NCBI GenBank assembly: GCA_038316195.1
Contig: JBBQAJ010000002.1
Location: 86,773-150,772, forward strand
Reading direction: 5' to 3'
DNA: 64,000 nucleotides
Origin: Candidatus Saccharimonadales bacterium
Lineage (GTDB): Bacteria; Patescibacteriota; Saccharimonadia; Saccharimonadales; JBBQAJ01
Shown here: positions 37,607-46,633 of the stretch, in pieces
How the letters are laid out: the number at the start of each line of letters is the position of its first letter
Position numbering within the stretch: the stretch's first letter is position 1
Program-made: the position numbers and the translations under genes
The notes under the pieces: model-generated
The model's database searches: none
What the model was told of the DNA's origin: nothing
The model's input: the letters and a program-made list of their open reading frames with translations, nothing else

Positions 37607-38400
37607 GGTAGTATTTCAATGCTTATTGGGCAGTGATCAGAGCCGGTTTGGTTGGGATGAATTTCTGCTTTTTGAACTTTAGATTTGAGACTTTTTGACA
37701 CCAAGAAATAATCTATGCGCCAGCCTATATTTCGGGACCGTGAGTTGGCAAAGTTACTCCACCAAGTATAAAAACCGTTTCCTCTGTTGAACATGCGAAA
37801 TGTGTCTATAAATCCTACATTTAACCAGTTATCAAAACCTGTTCGTTCTTGTTCACTAAACCCCTTTTTGCCTATGTTAGACTTAGGATTTGCTAGATCA
37901 TCTTCGGTATGTGCAACATTCATGTCGCCACAATAAATCACCGGTTTGCTAGATTGTAGATCGTCACAATATGCCGTCATTGCAGCATCAAATTGTTGGC
38001 GTTGAGCTATACGTAGTAGTCCATCTTTGGCGTTAGGGGTATAGGCAGTTACAATGTAAAAATCTTCAAATTCTGCTGATATGACCCTTCCTTCCATATT
38101 GGAGTCACCAAAACTATCTTCAACAATACCTCCAATTTTTATAAACTTTTCGGGGATGTCGTTTGTGATGGTTATTGGCTTAATTTTTGTAAAAATAGCC
38201 GTGCCAGAATAGCCTTTTTTGGCACGAGAAGAGTTCCAGTATTCCTGGTATTCGCTAAAATCTATTTCTGCTTGGCCCTGTTCTGCTTTGGTCTCTTGCA
38301 AACATAATATGTCGGGATTATATTTGGTAATAAATTCCTGCAAGGCCCCTTTCCGAACCACTGCACGAATGCCGTTTACGTTCCACGAGTAAATATTCAC
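37603..38400 (-). CDS. xth: exodeoxyribonuclease III / AP endonuclease
   Basis: YSWNVNGIRA, LCLQETK and SDHCPISIE; 265 aa. Confidence 0.9.
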   Translation of the reverse strand: MNIYSWNVNGIRAVVRKGALQEFITKYNPDILCLQETKAEQGQAEIDFSEYQEYWNSSRAKKGYSGTAIFTKIKPITITNDIPEKFIKIGGIVEDSFGDSNMEGRVISAEFEDFYIVTAYTPNAKDGLLRIAQRQQFDAAMTAYCDDLQSSKPVIYCGDMNVAHTEDDLANPKSNIGKKGFSEQERTGFDNWLNVGFIDTFRMFNRGNGFYTWWSNFANSRSRNIGWRIDYFLVSKSLKSKVQKAEIHPNQTGSDHCPISIEILP

Positions 38401-38448
38401 ACAATTAGTATAGCGCGTCAGTGTGCCTATCTGCTATGCTAGAACTTA

Positions 38449-39156
38449 ATGAGTTATAAGCGAATACTTTTAAAAATTTCAGGCGAACAACTATCTGGAA
38501 GATTTGAAAATGGAATTGATCCAGAAGTTGGGAGTTGGTTAGCAGCTGAAGTAAAAAAAGTTACTGAATCTGGAACACAAATAGTAATTATGGTTGGGGG
38601 TGGTAACATGGTCAGAGGCGCCCAGATTGCAGACCATGGAATACAAAGAGTGACCGCGGACCACATGGGTATGTTGGCTACAATGATAAATGCTCTTGCG
38701 ATAACTGACATATTTGAAGCAAATGGGGTAAAAACTAGGTGCCTAAGTAATATTTTTGCTCAACAAGTTGCAGAACCATTTGTGCACAGATTGGCAAATA
38801 AGCATCTTGAAAAAGGTAGAGTAGTTGTAGTTGCAGGTGGCAGTGGTCGCCCGTATGTCACTACTGATACAGCAGCAGTTATATTAGGTTTAGAATTGGG
38901 ATGTGATGTGGTTCTAAAAGCTACCAAAGTGGACGGAGTTTATGATAAAGACCCTACTCAAAATGAAGGTGCAGTAAAATTTGATCAATTATCCTACCAG
39001 CAAGCTGTTGAAGATGAATCTATAAAAATCATGGACAAGGCTGCTCTTGGGCTTGCTATGGAACAAGAAATTCCATTAATTATTTATGACGCAATGACCC
39101 CAGATAATCTAGTCAACATCGCAAAAGGTAATAGCGTTGGTACTAAGATATCCTGA
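38449..39156 (+). CDS. pyrH: UMP kinase
   Basis: RILLKISGE and VGGGNMVRG; 235 aa. Confidence 0.9.
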   Translation: MSYKRILLKISGEQLSGRFENGIDPEVGSWLAAEVKKVTESGTQIVIMVGGGNMVRGAQIADHGIQRVTADHMGMLATMINALAITDIFEANGVKTRCLSNIFAQQVAEPFVHRLANKHLEKGRVVVVAGGSGRPYVTTDTAAVILGLELGCDVVLKATKVDGVYDKDPTQNEGAVKFDQLSYQQAVEDESIKIMDKAALGLAMEQEIPLIIYDAMTPDNLVNIAKGNSVGTKIS

Positions 39157-39194
39157 GTAAGAAATTAACAAGCAGTTTGAAATAGAATTTTGAA

Positions 39195-39228
39195 TAAAAA
39201 AAGAAGGGCTATTTTGGCCCTTCTTTTT
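39195..39228. terminator. bidirectional rho-independent terminator between pyrH and the pilin gene
   Basis: Stem AGAAGGGC (39202-39209) / GCCCTTCT (39217-39224) with a 7-nt loop. Flanked by an A-run on the 5' side and a T-run (39225-39228) on the 3' side. Confidence 0.7.
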
Positions 39229-39251
39229 GGCTTCTCGTAAATTAGTATTTA

Positions 39252-39680
39252 CTAATTTAAGCTGTTTTTAGTATATGTTGAACCATCTTCTAGCTTAGCT
39301 GATAGTACATATGACGTACAGTCACCGGCAGCCGTTGTACATGTTGATGGTGATGGAACATAGCTATATTTATTGGTTGTTGTTGCAGCAGAGTCAATTG
39401 CAGCTCCACCACTTCCCGATGGTTTTAGAGCATCTGCATCTAGACCTTTCAGGGTTGTTGTGTTGATATCAGAAAGAGCTGGATACCACCCATTTTGAGC
39501 GTAGTAAGCTTCTATCTGACTGTGCAATGCTTTGATATCAGTTGTTCGTTCGGTATCTCGAGCTTTTCGTTGGATACCTGTGAAAGTCGTGATTACAAGC
39601 GCAGCTAAAATTCCGATAACTACAATCACGATTAAAAGTTCTACAATCGTAAAACCTTGTTGCTTAAGTTTATGTGACAT
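39252..39680 (-). CDS. type IV pilin (prepilin with class III signal)
   Basis: MSHKLKQQG|FTIVELLIVIVVIGILAALV gives a prepilin peptidase site followed by the N-methylation motif. Confidence 0.85.
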   Translation of the reverse strand: MSHKLKQQGFTIVELLIVIVVIGILAALVITTFTGIQRKARDTERTTDIKALHSQIEAYYAQNGWYPALSDINTTTLKGLDADALKPSGSGGAAIDSAATTTNKYSYVPSPSTCTTAAGDCTSYVLSAKLEDGSTYTKNSLN

Positions 39681-39775
39681 TAGAGTGTGCCCACCCTTCC
39701 CTATTAATTAATTTTTATAATAACAAGGGCATTGTAATCCTAAAAGTACTTAAACGCAAGCGTTTTCCACAGGGG

Positions 39776-40441
39776 TCAGATGTTTAGGGATTGTCCTACG
39801 TCTAAATGTGAAAATTCTGATTTTACCATTTTGCAAGCATCTTTGAGCCAAGCTTCATATACAATGTATCCAAAATCTGACAAAAGTCCGTCATGAACTT
39901 GAAAAACACGCTTAGGCTGTTGTTCAACTATAAAATCCATTATTTCTGATATTTTCAACCATGGAGCTGATATCGGTGCACCTAAAATATCAATTTTTTT
40001 TGTTGGTTTGCTTAAAGAATCACCTGGATAATAAAAGCTATCGTTTATAATTACGCCAACATTGTCAGTCGGTGGATGTGATTTATAGATAGTTGCGTGG
40101 ATTCCTCCAGCAAATTCTAACTTGAATGGTCCTGCGACCTTTATTTTTCCACCTGTTACTACTTCGTGAGGTATCTTGTTCCCTATTACATCAGAAACTG
40201 CTTGAACTGTATAAAATTTCAATTTGGGATTTTTGAGGTAAATGGATTTTATTATCTCAAGATCAAAATGATCGGGATGAACATGCGTGACAATTATCGC
40301 AAAAATGTTAACAAGACTGGGAATAGATTTTGATAAAATTCCTGGGTCTACGAGTAAGCGTTTGTTGTCAATATTTATGTCCAAACAGGAGTGTTCGTAC
40401 TTTGTTATCTTCATATATTTAGAATAACACGTACAATACAA
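39776..40441 (-). CDS. MBL-fold metallo-hydrolase
   Basis: VTHVHPDHFD (HxHxDH). The likely true start is the ATG at 40414 (MKITKYEHSCL). Confidence 0.75.
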   Translation of the reverse strand: MYCTCYSKYMKITKYEHSCLDINIDNKRLLVDPGILSKSIPSLVNIFAIIVTHVHPDHFDLEIIKSIYLKNPKLKFYTVQAVSDVIGNKIPHEVVTGGKIKVAGPFKLEFAGGIHATIYKSHPPTDNVGVIINDSFYYPGDSLSKPTKKIDILGAPISAPWLKISEIMDFIVEQQPKRVFQVHDGLLSDFGYIVYEAWLKDACKMVKSEFSHLDVGQSLNI

Positions 40442-41122
40442 TCAATGGATTTCATTAAAACCAAAGACGCAAGTATCGGAACATTAGCAGTATTTAGTCG
40501 TATAAAAAAAGAAATAGAGTCAGGCAGAAAAGTTTTATGGATATTATGTGGAGGTTCAAATATAGGTCTGGAAGTAGAAATTCTAAAAAAGCTTCGAATT
40601 GAATTCAAAACTGACAATTTAGCAATAATTCTAATGGATGAAAGATATGGAAAATACGGCCATAGAGATTCAAACTGGCAACAATTACTAGATGCCGGAG
40701 CTGATTTAGATAGATTATATGCTTCGCCTGTTTTGACTGAAGAAAATAAACCTCTCGAGGAGACAATAAGTGAATATACTAAGCTTTTGAAAGTTAAATT
40801 AGGTACTGTAGATATTGTGATTGCTGTGTTTGGGATGGGTGCTGATGGTCATACGGCGGGAATGTTACCGGGTAGCCCGGCTGTTTATTCAGAACTACCT
40901 GTTGTTGGCTACGATTCTCCCCCTTTTGAAAGAATTACACTTACGAAAAAAGTATTAGAACAAGTTGATGTGGCATTTTTGTTTGCTTTTGGTAAGGCTA
41001 AATTAACTGCGCTTGAGAATTTGGAAAAAAATATATTGCCTTTTACAAAGATGCCATCAAAAATATTAAGTGAAATCCCCGAAACTTATATATATAATGA
41101 TCAAATAGGAGAAAAAATATGA
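40391..41122 (+). CDS. pgl: 6-phosphogluconolactonase
   Basis: ILMDERY and GMGADGHTAGMLPGS. The likely true start is the ATG at 40445 (MDFIKTKD). Confidence 0.75.
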   Translation: MFVLCYLHIFRITRTIQSMDFIKTKDASIGTLAVFSRIKKEIESGRKVLWILCGGSNIGLEVEILKKLRIEFKTDNLAIILMDERYGKYGHRDSNWQQLLDAGADLDRLYASPVLTEENKPLEETISEYTKLLKVKLGTVDIVIAVFGMGADGHTAGMLPGSPAVYSELPVVGYDSPPFERITLTKKVLEQVDVAFLFAFGKAKLTALENLEKNILPFTKMPSKILSEIPETYIYNDQIGEKI

Positions 41123-42054
41123 AAATAGGTATGGTTGGTCTGGGTAAAATGGGTGGAAATATGGCTGCAAGATTGGTAAATAGTGGTCATGAGGTTGTAG
41201 GTATTGATCCTAGTGAAGATAATGCTCAGATGGCAGTCGATCGTGGTGTTGCTGTTGTGACAGATAAAGAACAACTTTTGGATAGTTTGCCAGAACAAAA
41301 AATTGTGTGGTTGATGATTCCGAGCCAATTTGTCACAGATCAGATCAATGCATGGTTAGAAATTTTGCCCAGTGGATCGGTTATTATAGATGGTGGTAAT
41401 AGTAAATTTGAAGAAACTATTAAACACGGCAAACTGGCTAATGACAAAGGTGTGCAATTTGTAGATGTTGGTGTTAGTGGTGGGATTATTGGAGCGAAAG
41501 CCGGATATTCCTTGATGGTCGGAGGAGAATTGTCAGTGTATTCCCTGCTAGGTCCAATTTTTGAATCTTTAGCACAACCAGGAGGATTTGGTCATTTTGG
41601 CCCTACTGGCTCTGGGCACTATATAAAAATGGTCCACAACGCCATAGAATATGGCATGATGGAAGCTTTCGCCGAAGGCTATGACTTAATTGAAGCTAGC
41701 CCTTTCCCCCCTGTTGATTACGCAAAACTTGCCGGTGTTTGGCAAAACGGGTCAGTAGTACAGTCATTCTTGAATAGTTTGGCAATACAAATATTTTCCG
41801 AAAATCGAAATCTTGATGGTATTGAAGGAAAAGTAAATATGTTGGGTGAAGCTCAATGGGCAGCCGACTTTGCTAAATCAAAAAATGTCGATGTTAGGGT
41901 TATACAGGCTTCCATAGATAGACGTGCAGAATCTATGGATGGAAATATATCCTTTGCAACCAAATTTTTGGCAGCACTTCGAAATCATTTTGGGGGTCAT
42001 GCAATTAATAAAACTTCTGCTGAATCTGATCCAGATAGTCTGAAAAACGTCTGA
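41119..42054 (+). CDS. gnd: 6-phosphogluconate dehydrogenase (decarboxylating), short about 300-aa form
   Basis: MKIGMVGLGKMGGNMA, DGGNS, VGVSGG and GSGHYIKMVHNAIEYG. ATGA overlap with pgl. Confidence 0.85.
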   Translation: MKIGMVGLGKMGGNMAARLVNSGHEVVGIDPSEDNAQMAVDRGVAVVTDKEQLLDSLPEQKIVWLMIPSQFVTDQINAWLEILPSGSVIIDGGNSKFEETIKHGKLANDKGVQFVDVGVSGGIIGAKAGYSLMVGGELSVYSLLGPIFESLAQPGGFGHFGPTGSGHYIKMVHNAIEYGMMEAFAEGYDLIEASPFPPVDYAKLAGVWQNGSVVQSFLNSLAIQIFSENRNLDGIEGKVNMLGEAQWAADFAKSKNVDVRVIQASIDRRAESMDGNISFATKFLAALRNHFGGHAINKTSAESDPDSLKNV

Positions 42055-43445
42055 TGAAAATCCAAAAATCTCCCAAACCAGCAATAATCGTTATATTTGG
42101 AATAACTGGAGATTTATCCAAAAGAAAGTTACTCCCTGCTCTTTACCATCTAATAAAAAGTGATTTGTTGCATGAAAATACCAGAATATTAGGGGTAACT
42201 AGGCAAAATATTACAAAAAAAGATTTATTTGACAATGTAGATTTATGCGTAAACGAAGAGAAAAATATTTGCGACCCCCTTGCAGTCAAAAAAATGCAAA
42301 AAATAACCCAAATGCACACAATGGACATGTCAATAGATTCGGAGTATGAAAAACTTAGCAATTTAATTAATGTAATAGAAGACGAACAAAATGTTTGTAT
42401 GGAGCGTATTTTTTATTTATCGATACCACCTCAAGCCTTTGATCAGATTGTAGAGTACATAGGTAAAAACAAACTAAACATTGGATGTCAACACGAAATT
42501 GCTGGCTCCAATTTAGTTATTGAAAAACCATTCGGTTTCGATTTGGATTCTGGCAAAGAACTGATTAAAAAAACTGGTAAATATTTTAATGAAAATCAAA
42601 TTTATAGAATTGATCACTATTTAGCGAAAGAAACTGTGCAGGATATTCTACAGTTTAGATATGCAAATCCGATTTTTGCACCCATTTGGAACAATAAATA
42701 TGTAGACAATATTTTGATACAAGCTACTGAAGAAATCGGCATAGAAAACCGGATTAATTTTTATGATAAAACTGGAGCCTTACGAGATTTTGTACAAAGT
42801 CATTTGTTGCAACTCTTAACGCTTGTAACTATGGAACTTCCTGAAAAATTAAATAGTTCACAAATTCATCATAACAAACAGCAATTATTTGATCAGATTC
42901 AACCCATTCCCAAAAGTAAGGTCGAAAAAAGAGCCATTCGTGGTCAATATGAAGGCTACAAGGATCAAGTTGAAAATCCCCTTTCATTTACGGAAACCTA
43001 CGCTGAATTAGAATTATTTATAGCTAATCATCGCTGGAATAAAGTACCTATGAGGCTTATCACGGGGAAGGCTATGGGCAAAAAACGAACAGACATAACA
43101 TTGCAATTTAGAACAGACAAAAATGGTGAATATAATCGCCTGACATTTCGCATTCAGCCTAATGAAGGTATTGAACTAAGATTGAAAGTCAAAAAACCTG
43201 GTTTTGCTCAAACTTCCCAGACTGCATTGATGGATTTTGATTATGAAAAAACGTTTGATAATCACGGGCATCCAGATGCCTATGAGCGCGTAATTTTGGA
43301 CGCAATCAAAGGTGATCATATGCTGTTTGCCACATCACAAGAAGTAATTGCTGGATGGAAAATAATTCAACCCGTCTTGGATGTTTGGTCAAAAAATAGC
43401 GATGGTATAAAAATATACCCAATTGGTTCAGACGGTCCTAATTAA
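42054..43445 (+). CDS. zwf: glucose-6-phosphate dehydrogenase
   Basis: IFGITGDLSKRKLLPALY and RIDHYLAKE. TGATG overlap with gnd. Confidence 0.9.
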   Translation: MKIQKSPKPAIIVIFGITGDLSKRKLLPALYHLIKSDLLHENTRILGVTRQNITKKDLFDNVDLCVNEEKNICDPLAVKKMQKITQMHTMDMSIDSEYEKLSNLINVIEDEQNVCMERIFYLSIPPQAFDQIVEYIGKNKLNIGCQHEIAGSNLVIEKPFGFDLDSGKELIKKTGKYFNENQIYRIDHYLAKETVQDILQFRYANPIFAPIWNNKYVDNILIQATEEIGIENRINFYDKTGALRDFVQSHLLQLLTLVTMELPEKLNSSQIHHNKQQLFDQIQPIPKSKVEKRAIRGQYEGYKDQVENPLSFTETYAELELFIANHRWNKVPMRLITGKAMGKKRTDITLQFRTDKNGEYNRLTFRIQPNEGIELRLKVKKPGFAQTSQTALMDFDYEKTFDNHGHPDAYERVILDAIKGDHMLFATSQEVIAGWKIIQPVLDVWSKNSDGIKIYPIGSDGPN

Positions 43446-43447
43446 TT

Positions 43448-43536
43448 GGCGGAGAGAGAGGGATTTGAACCCTCGAAGGAGTTGCCCCCTTACTGCCTTT
43501 CCAAGACAGCGCACTAGGCCACTATGCGACCTCTCC
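43448..43536 (-). tRNA. tRNA-Ser (anticodon GGA), CCA encoded
   Basis: Minus-strand sequence GGAGAGG...CTGTC-TTGGAAA-GGCAG...long variable arm...GAGGG-TTCAAAT-CCCTC-TCTCTCC-G-CCA. Confidence 0.9.
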
Positions 43537-43618
43537 ACATATATATAGTATATCCGATATATTTTTGATTTACACCTTGAAACTAGGTCATATAAAGAGT
43601 TAAACTATATGTAACTTT

Positions 43619-44509
43619 ATGCCACTCATTGAATTACAAGAAGTAAGTAAACTTTATGGCTTCGGAAATGCTACGACTGTAGCTTTAGACGAAGTTACTT
43701 TAACTGTGGAGCCTGGTGAATTTGTTGCTGTCATGGGGCCAAGTGGTTCTGGTAAATCGACTCTCATGAATGTTATTGGTATGTTAGATCGACCAACTCA
43801 TGGGCATTACAAACTTGGTGAAAAGCACGTATCACGAATGCGAAATCATCACAGAGCTAAAGCGCGCAGAGACACCATAGGCTTCGTGTTCCAGTCCTTT
43901 AACTTAATTAAAAATGTATCAGTCCTAGAAAATGTAGCTTTACCCCTTGCCTATAAAGGCACCCTACGTACGCGTAGATTAAACCAAGCTGGTTATATGC
44001 TAGAAAGAGTTGGACTCGCTGATAGAGAGTATTTTTACCCTTCTCAATTGAGTGGTGGTCAATCGCAACGTGTTGCAATTGCAAGAGCACTTGTAAACAA
44101 TCCAAGTATTATTATTGCCGATGAACCAACTGGGAATTTGGATAGCGCTTCTTCAAGATTAGTAATGGAGTTGCTAAGTGAAATTCACCAAGCTGGAAGC
44201 ACAATACTTATGGTTACACACAATCCAGAATTAACTAGATATGCATCTCGAGTTGTTTTTATGAGAGACGGATCAATTGTTAATGATGAGCTATCGGTCG
44301 TGGGTGAATTGCCAACAACAATCAAACGTAGAGCATATTTTATACCTAAAAAGACAGCAGAAGATGATTTAGCGGGCGTTTCTGCCCTTATGGACGCAGG
44401 TTTGTCTGAAACTAATGTAGAAAAACATCCAAAATCTAGCAGAAAGAAAAAAAGAACATCTAAAAAAACATACAAATCAAATACAATTAAAAAAGAAAAA
44501 AAGAAATGA
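43619..44509 (+). CDS. ABC transporter ATP-binding protein (MacB/LolD-type) with a Lys-rich C-terminal tail
   Basis: Walker A GPSGSGKST, signature LSGGQSQR, Walker B IIIADEPT. The last about 70 aa are basic and low-complexity (KKKRTSKKTYKSNTIKKEKKK). Confidence 0.9.
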   Translation: MPLIELQEVSKLYGFGNATTVALDEVTLTVEPGEFVAVMGPSGSGKSTLMNVIGMLDRPTHGHYKLGEKHVSRMRNHHRAKARRDTIGFVFQSFNLIKNVSVLENVALPLAYKGTLRTRRLNQAGYMLERVGLADREYFYPSQLSGGQSQRVAIARALVNNPSIIIADEPTGNLDSASSRLVMELLSEIHQAGSTILMVTHNPELTRYASRVVFMRDGSIVNDELSVVGELPTTIKRRAYFIPKKTAEDDLAGVSALMDAGLSETNVEKHPKSSRKKKRTSKKTYKSNTIKKEKKK

Positions 44510-44516
44510 AAAGATT

Positions 44517-45749
44517 ATGAGTTCAAATAATAATTTTCAGATGGCTAGAGCAGCAATAGGTGCGTCAAAGTGGCGAAGTTTTTTAACAATGTTTGGTGTA
44601 ATAGTTGGCGTTATGAGTGTTGTGACAATTGTTTCATTAGGGGAAGGAGTCAAAAAACAGTTAACAACACAAATTAATCATACCGGTAAAGACTTAATTA
44701 CTGTTCGTGGAGGTCAGGTTGCTAATCGTGATTCGAAAGGCAAAATTATAAAAGTTAATTATCTAAACCTTTTTTCTGGAGCTACTTTAACAGATGCTGA
44801 CTATCAGACTATACAGAAAATTCCAGATTTAAGTGTGGTCGCACCCTTCGCTGTTGTTCCTGGTGTGCCTAAATCACTTGATGGCGTAACAAGCATTGAT
44901 ACTTCAATAGTAGCAACGAATACTATGGGAGCTGCCGCGTTAAATCAAAATATACCCTATGGTGAAAATTTTGATGAAAATGACAAAACTAACCCGGGGG
45001 CTGTGATAGGTAAAAACGTTGCCGAAACTTTTTTTAAAGAAAACGTACCAATTGGAAAATCTTTTGAACTTCGTGGTCAAAAAATAATTGTTAGAGGTGT
45101 ATTTTCGCGATTTGATGCTAGCCCACTAACTCCTGGAGTGGATTATAATAATGCAATTTTTATCCCTTATGAATATGCCAAAAAACTTGCTGGTGGTTCC
45201 CTGCAACCTTATCAAATACTCGTGCGTCCAAAAAATGTTGGTAAAGTTGCCAATACTGTTGGCGTAATTAACTCTAGTCTTGCACTTTCACACGGTGGGC
45301 AAACTGATTTCACAGTGCTTCAAGCTGGTGACAATATAGTTGTAGCAGATAGTGTATTAAATATTTTGACAAGTTTAGTGAGTGCTATTGCTGGTATATC
45401 CCTTTTCGTTGGAGGAATTGGAATAATGAATATAATGTTTGTTGCTGTAAGTGAGCGAACTCATGAGATCGGCATACGTAAAAGTGTTGGTGCGACAAAT
45501 CGGCAGATATTGAACCAGTTTTTAATTGAATCAGTCGTATTAAGTGGCACTGGTGGAATATTAGGTGTTACTGGTTCTTTAATCCTTAACTATTTGCTTA
45601 GAATTTTTACTTCCCTCCAGCCTGTTATAACTTTGCCCATTATGGGTGTCGCAATTTTGGTTGCACTTGGAGTTGGTGTGTTCTTTGGGATTACGCCTGC
45701 CCTTAAAGCTGCTCGAAAAGACCCAATCGAAGCGTTGCGACGAGGCTAA
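44517..45749 (+). CDS. ABC transporter permease (MacB-like periplasmic core plus FtsX domain)
   Basis: N-terminal TM, large extracytoplasmic domain, then 3 C-terminal TMs with RTHEIGIRKSVGA, typical of the FtsX/MacB family. Confidence 0.85.
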   Translation: MSSNNNFQMARAAIGASKWRSFLTMFGVIVGVMSVVTIVSLGEGVKKQLTTQINHTGKDLITVRGGQVANRDSKGKIIKVNYLNLFSGATLTDADYQTIQKIPDLSVVAPFAVVPGVPKSLDGVTSIDTSIVATNTMGAAALNQNIPYGENFDENDKTNPGAVIGKNVAETFFKENVPIGKSFELRGQKIIVRGVFSRFDASPLTPGVDYNNAIFIPYEYAKKLAGGSLQPYQILVRPKNVGKVANTVGVINSSLALSHGGQTDFTVLQAGDNIVVADSVLNILTSLVSAIAGISLFVGGIGIMNIMFVAVSERTHEIGIRKSVGATNRQILNQFLIESVVLSGTGGILGVTGSLILNYLLRIFTSLQPVITLPIMGVAILVALGVGVFFGITPALKAARKDPIEALRRG

Positions 45750-45792
45750 TATTTAGAAAAACAATCGTTATTCTAGAACAGATTAAATTTAC

Positions 45793-46533
45793 TTATCTGT
45801 ATTCGGGATTTTCGAAGTCAAATCTTGCACCTGCATCCCATTTGGATCTCTGGTTGCCAATTGCAGGGATCCCACCATTGTTTTTTAGCATTTTTGCTAA
45901 ATGCATAAGGTTCCAAGTCATAAAAGTTGTATTTCGATTCGTGAAATCATTTTCTAGACCTGCCCTTGAGCCGTCTTCTAGTTTGTCGCCGTAGCTTGGA
46001 CCTGGGCCAGCTTCACCTATCCAGCCTGCATCAGCTTGTGGTGGTATGGTGTATCCAAGATGTCCTAAGCTATACAAAACGTTCATGGCACAGTGTTTTA
46101 CCCCGTCTTCGTTACCTGTTATCAGGCAACCTCCAACCTTGCCATAATCTGCATACTGACCCTCGCTATTGAGAATGTGGCTGTTAGCGTACAAACGCTC
46201 AATAACTTGCTTCATAACAGAACTATTATCACCTAACCATATTGGTCCTGCCAGAACAATAATGTTGGCTTTTTGAACTTTTGCATAGATTTTCGGCCAC
46301 TCATCTTTTTCCCAGCCATGTTCTGTCATGTCTGGATAAACTCCGGTAGCAATATCATGATCAATTGCCCGCAATGTCTCAGTTTTAACACCCTGTTTTT
46401 TCATAATTTTGGCACTTACATCAATCAAAAGTTGTGTGTGGCTTAGTGCTGGAGATTTGGTTAAAGTACAGTTTATAAATAATGCACTTAGTCCGTCAAA
46501 ATCTTTTTGTTCAGTATTCATATCAACCTCCAA
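45793..46533 (-). CDS. flavodoxin-fold NAD(P)H-dependent FMN reductase-like protein
   Basis: LFINCTLTKSP, ANIIVLAGPIWLGDNSS and VIERLY. The likely start is the ATG at 46521 (MNTEQKD). Confidence 0.6.
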   Translation of the reverse strand: MEVDMNTEQKDFDGLSALFINCTLTKSPALSHTQLLIDVSAKIMKKQGVKTETLRAIDHDIATGVYPDMTEHGWEKDEWPKIYAKVQKANIIVLAGPIWLGDNSSVMKQVIERLYANSHILNSEGQYADYGKVGGCLITGNEDGVKHCAMNVLYSLGHLGYTIPPQADAGWIGEAGPGPSYGDKLEDGSRAGLENDFTNRNTTFMTWNLMHLAKMLKNNGGIPAIGNQRSKWDAGARFDFENPEYR

Positions 46534-46540
46534 TTAGTAT

Positions 46541-46561
46541 TGATGTATTTATCTTACATCA
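46541..46561. promoter_or_regulatory. perfect inverted repeat TGATGTA-N7-TACATCA in the divergent region upstream of purP
   Basis: 7-bp arms at 46541-46547 and 46555-46561, located between the flavodoxin-like gene start and the purP promoter candidate. Confidence 0.3.
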
Positions 46562-46564
46562 AAT

Positions 46565-46593
46565 TTGGGTGCAATCCTTGTAAAGTGTATAAT
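46565..46593 (+). promoter_or_regulatory. candidate extended -10 promoter for the purP pair
   Basis: TGTATAAT (TGnTATAAT) at 46586-46593, with TTGGGT 17 nt upstream at 46565-46570. GAAGG SD lies before the ATG at 46634. Confidence 0.4.
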
Positions 46594-46633
46594 TACATGA
46601 AATATCAGGACTATTACTTATTAAGTCAGAAGG

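Noticed and set aside
40391-40441. 51-bp overlap of the divergent MBL-hydrolase and pgl ORFs in the track
   Set aside because: This is an artefact of taking the longest ORFs. Both proteins align to their families from internal ATGs (40414 and 40445), leaving a 30-bp divergent spacer.
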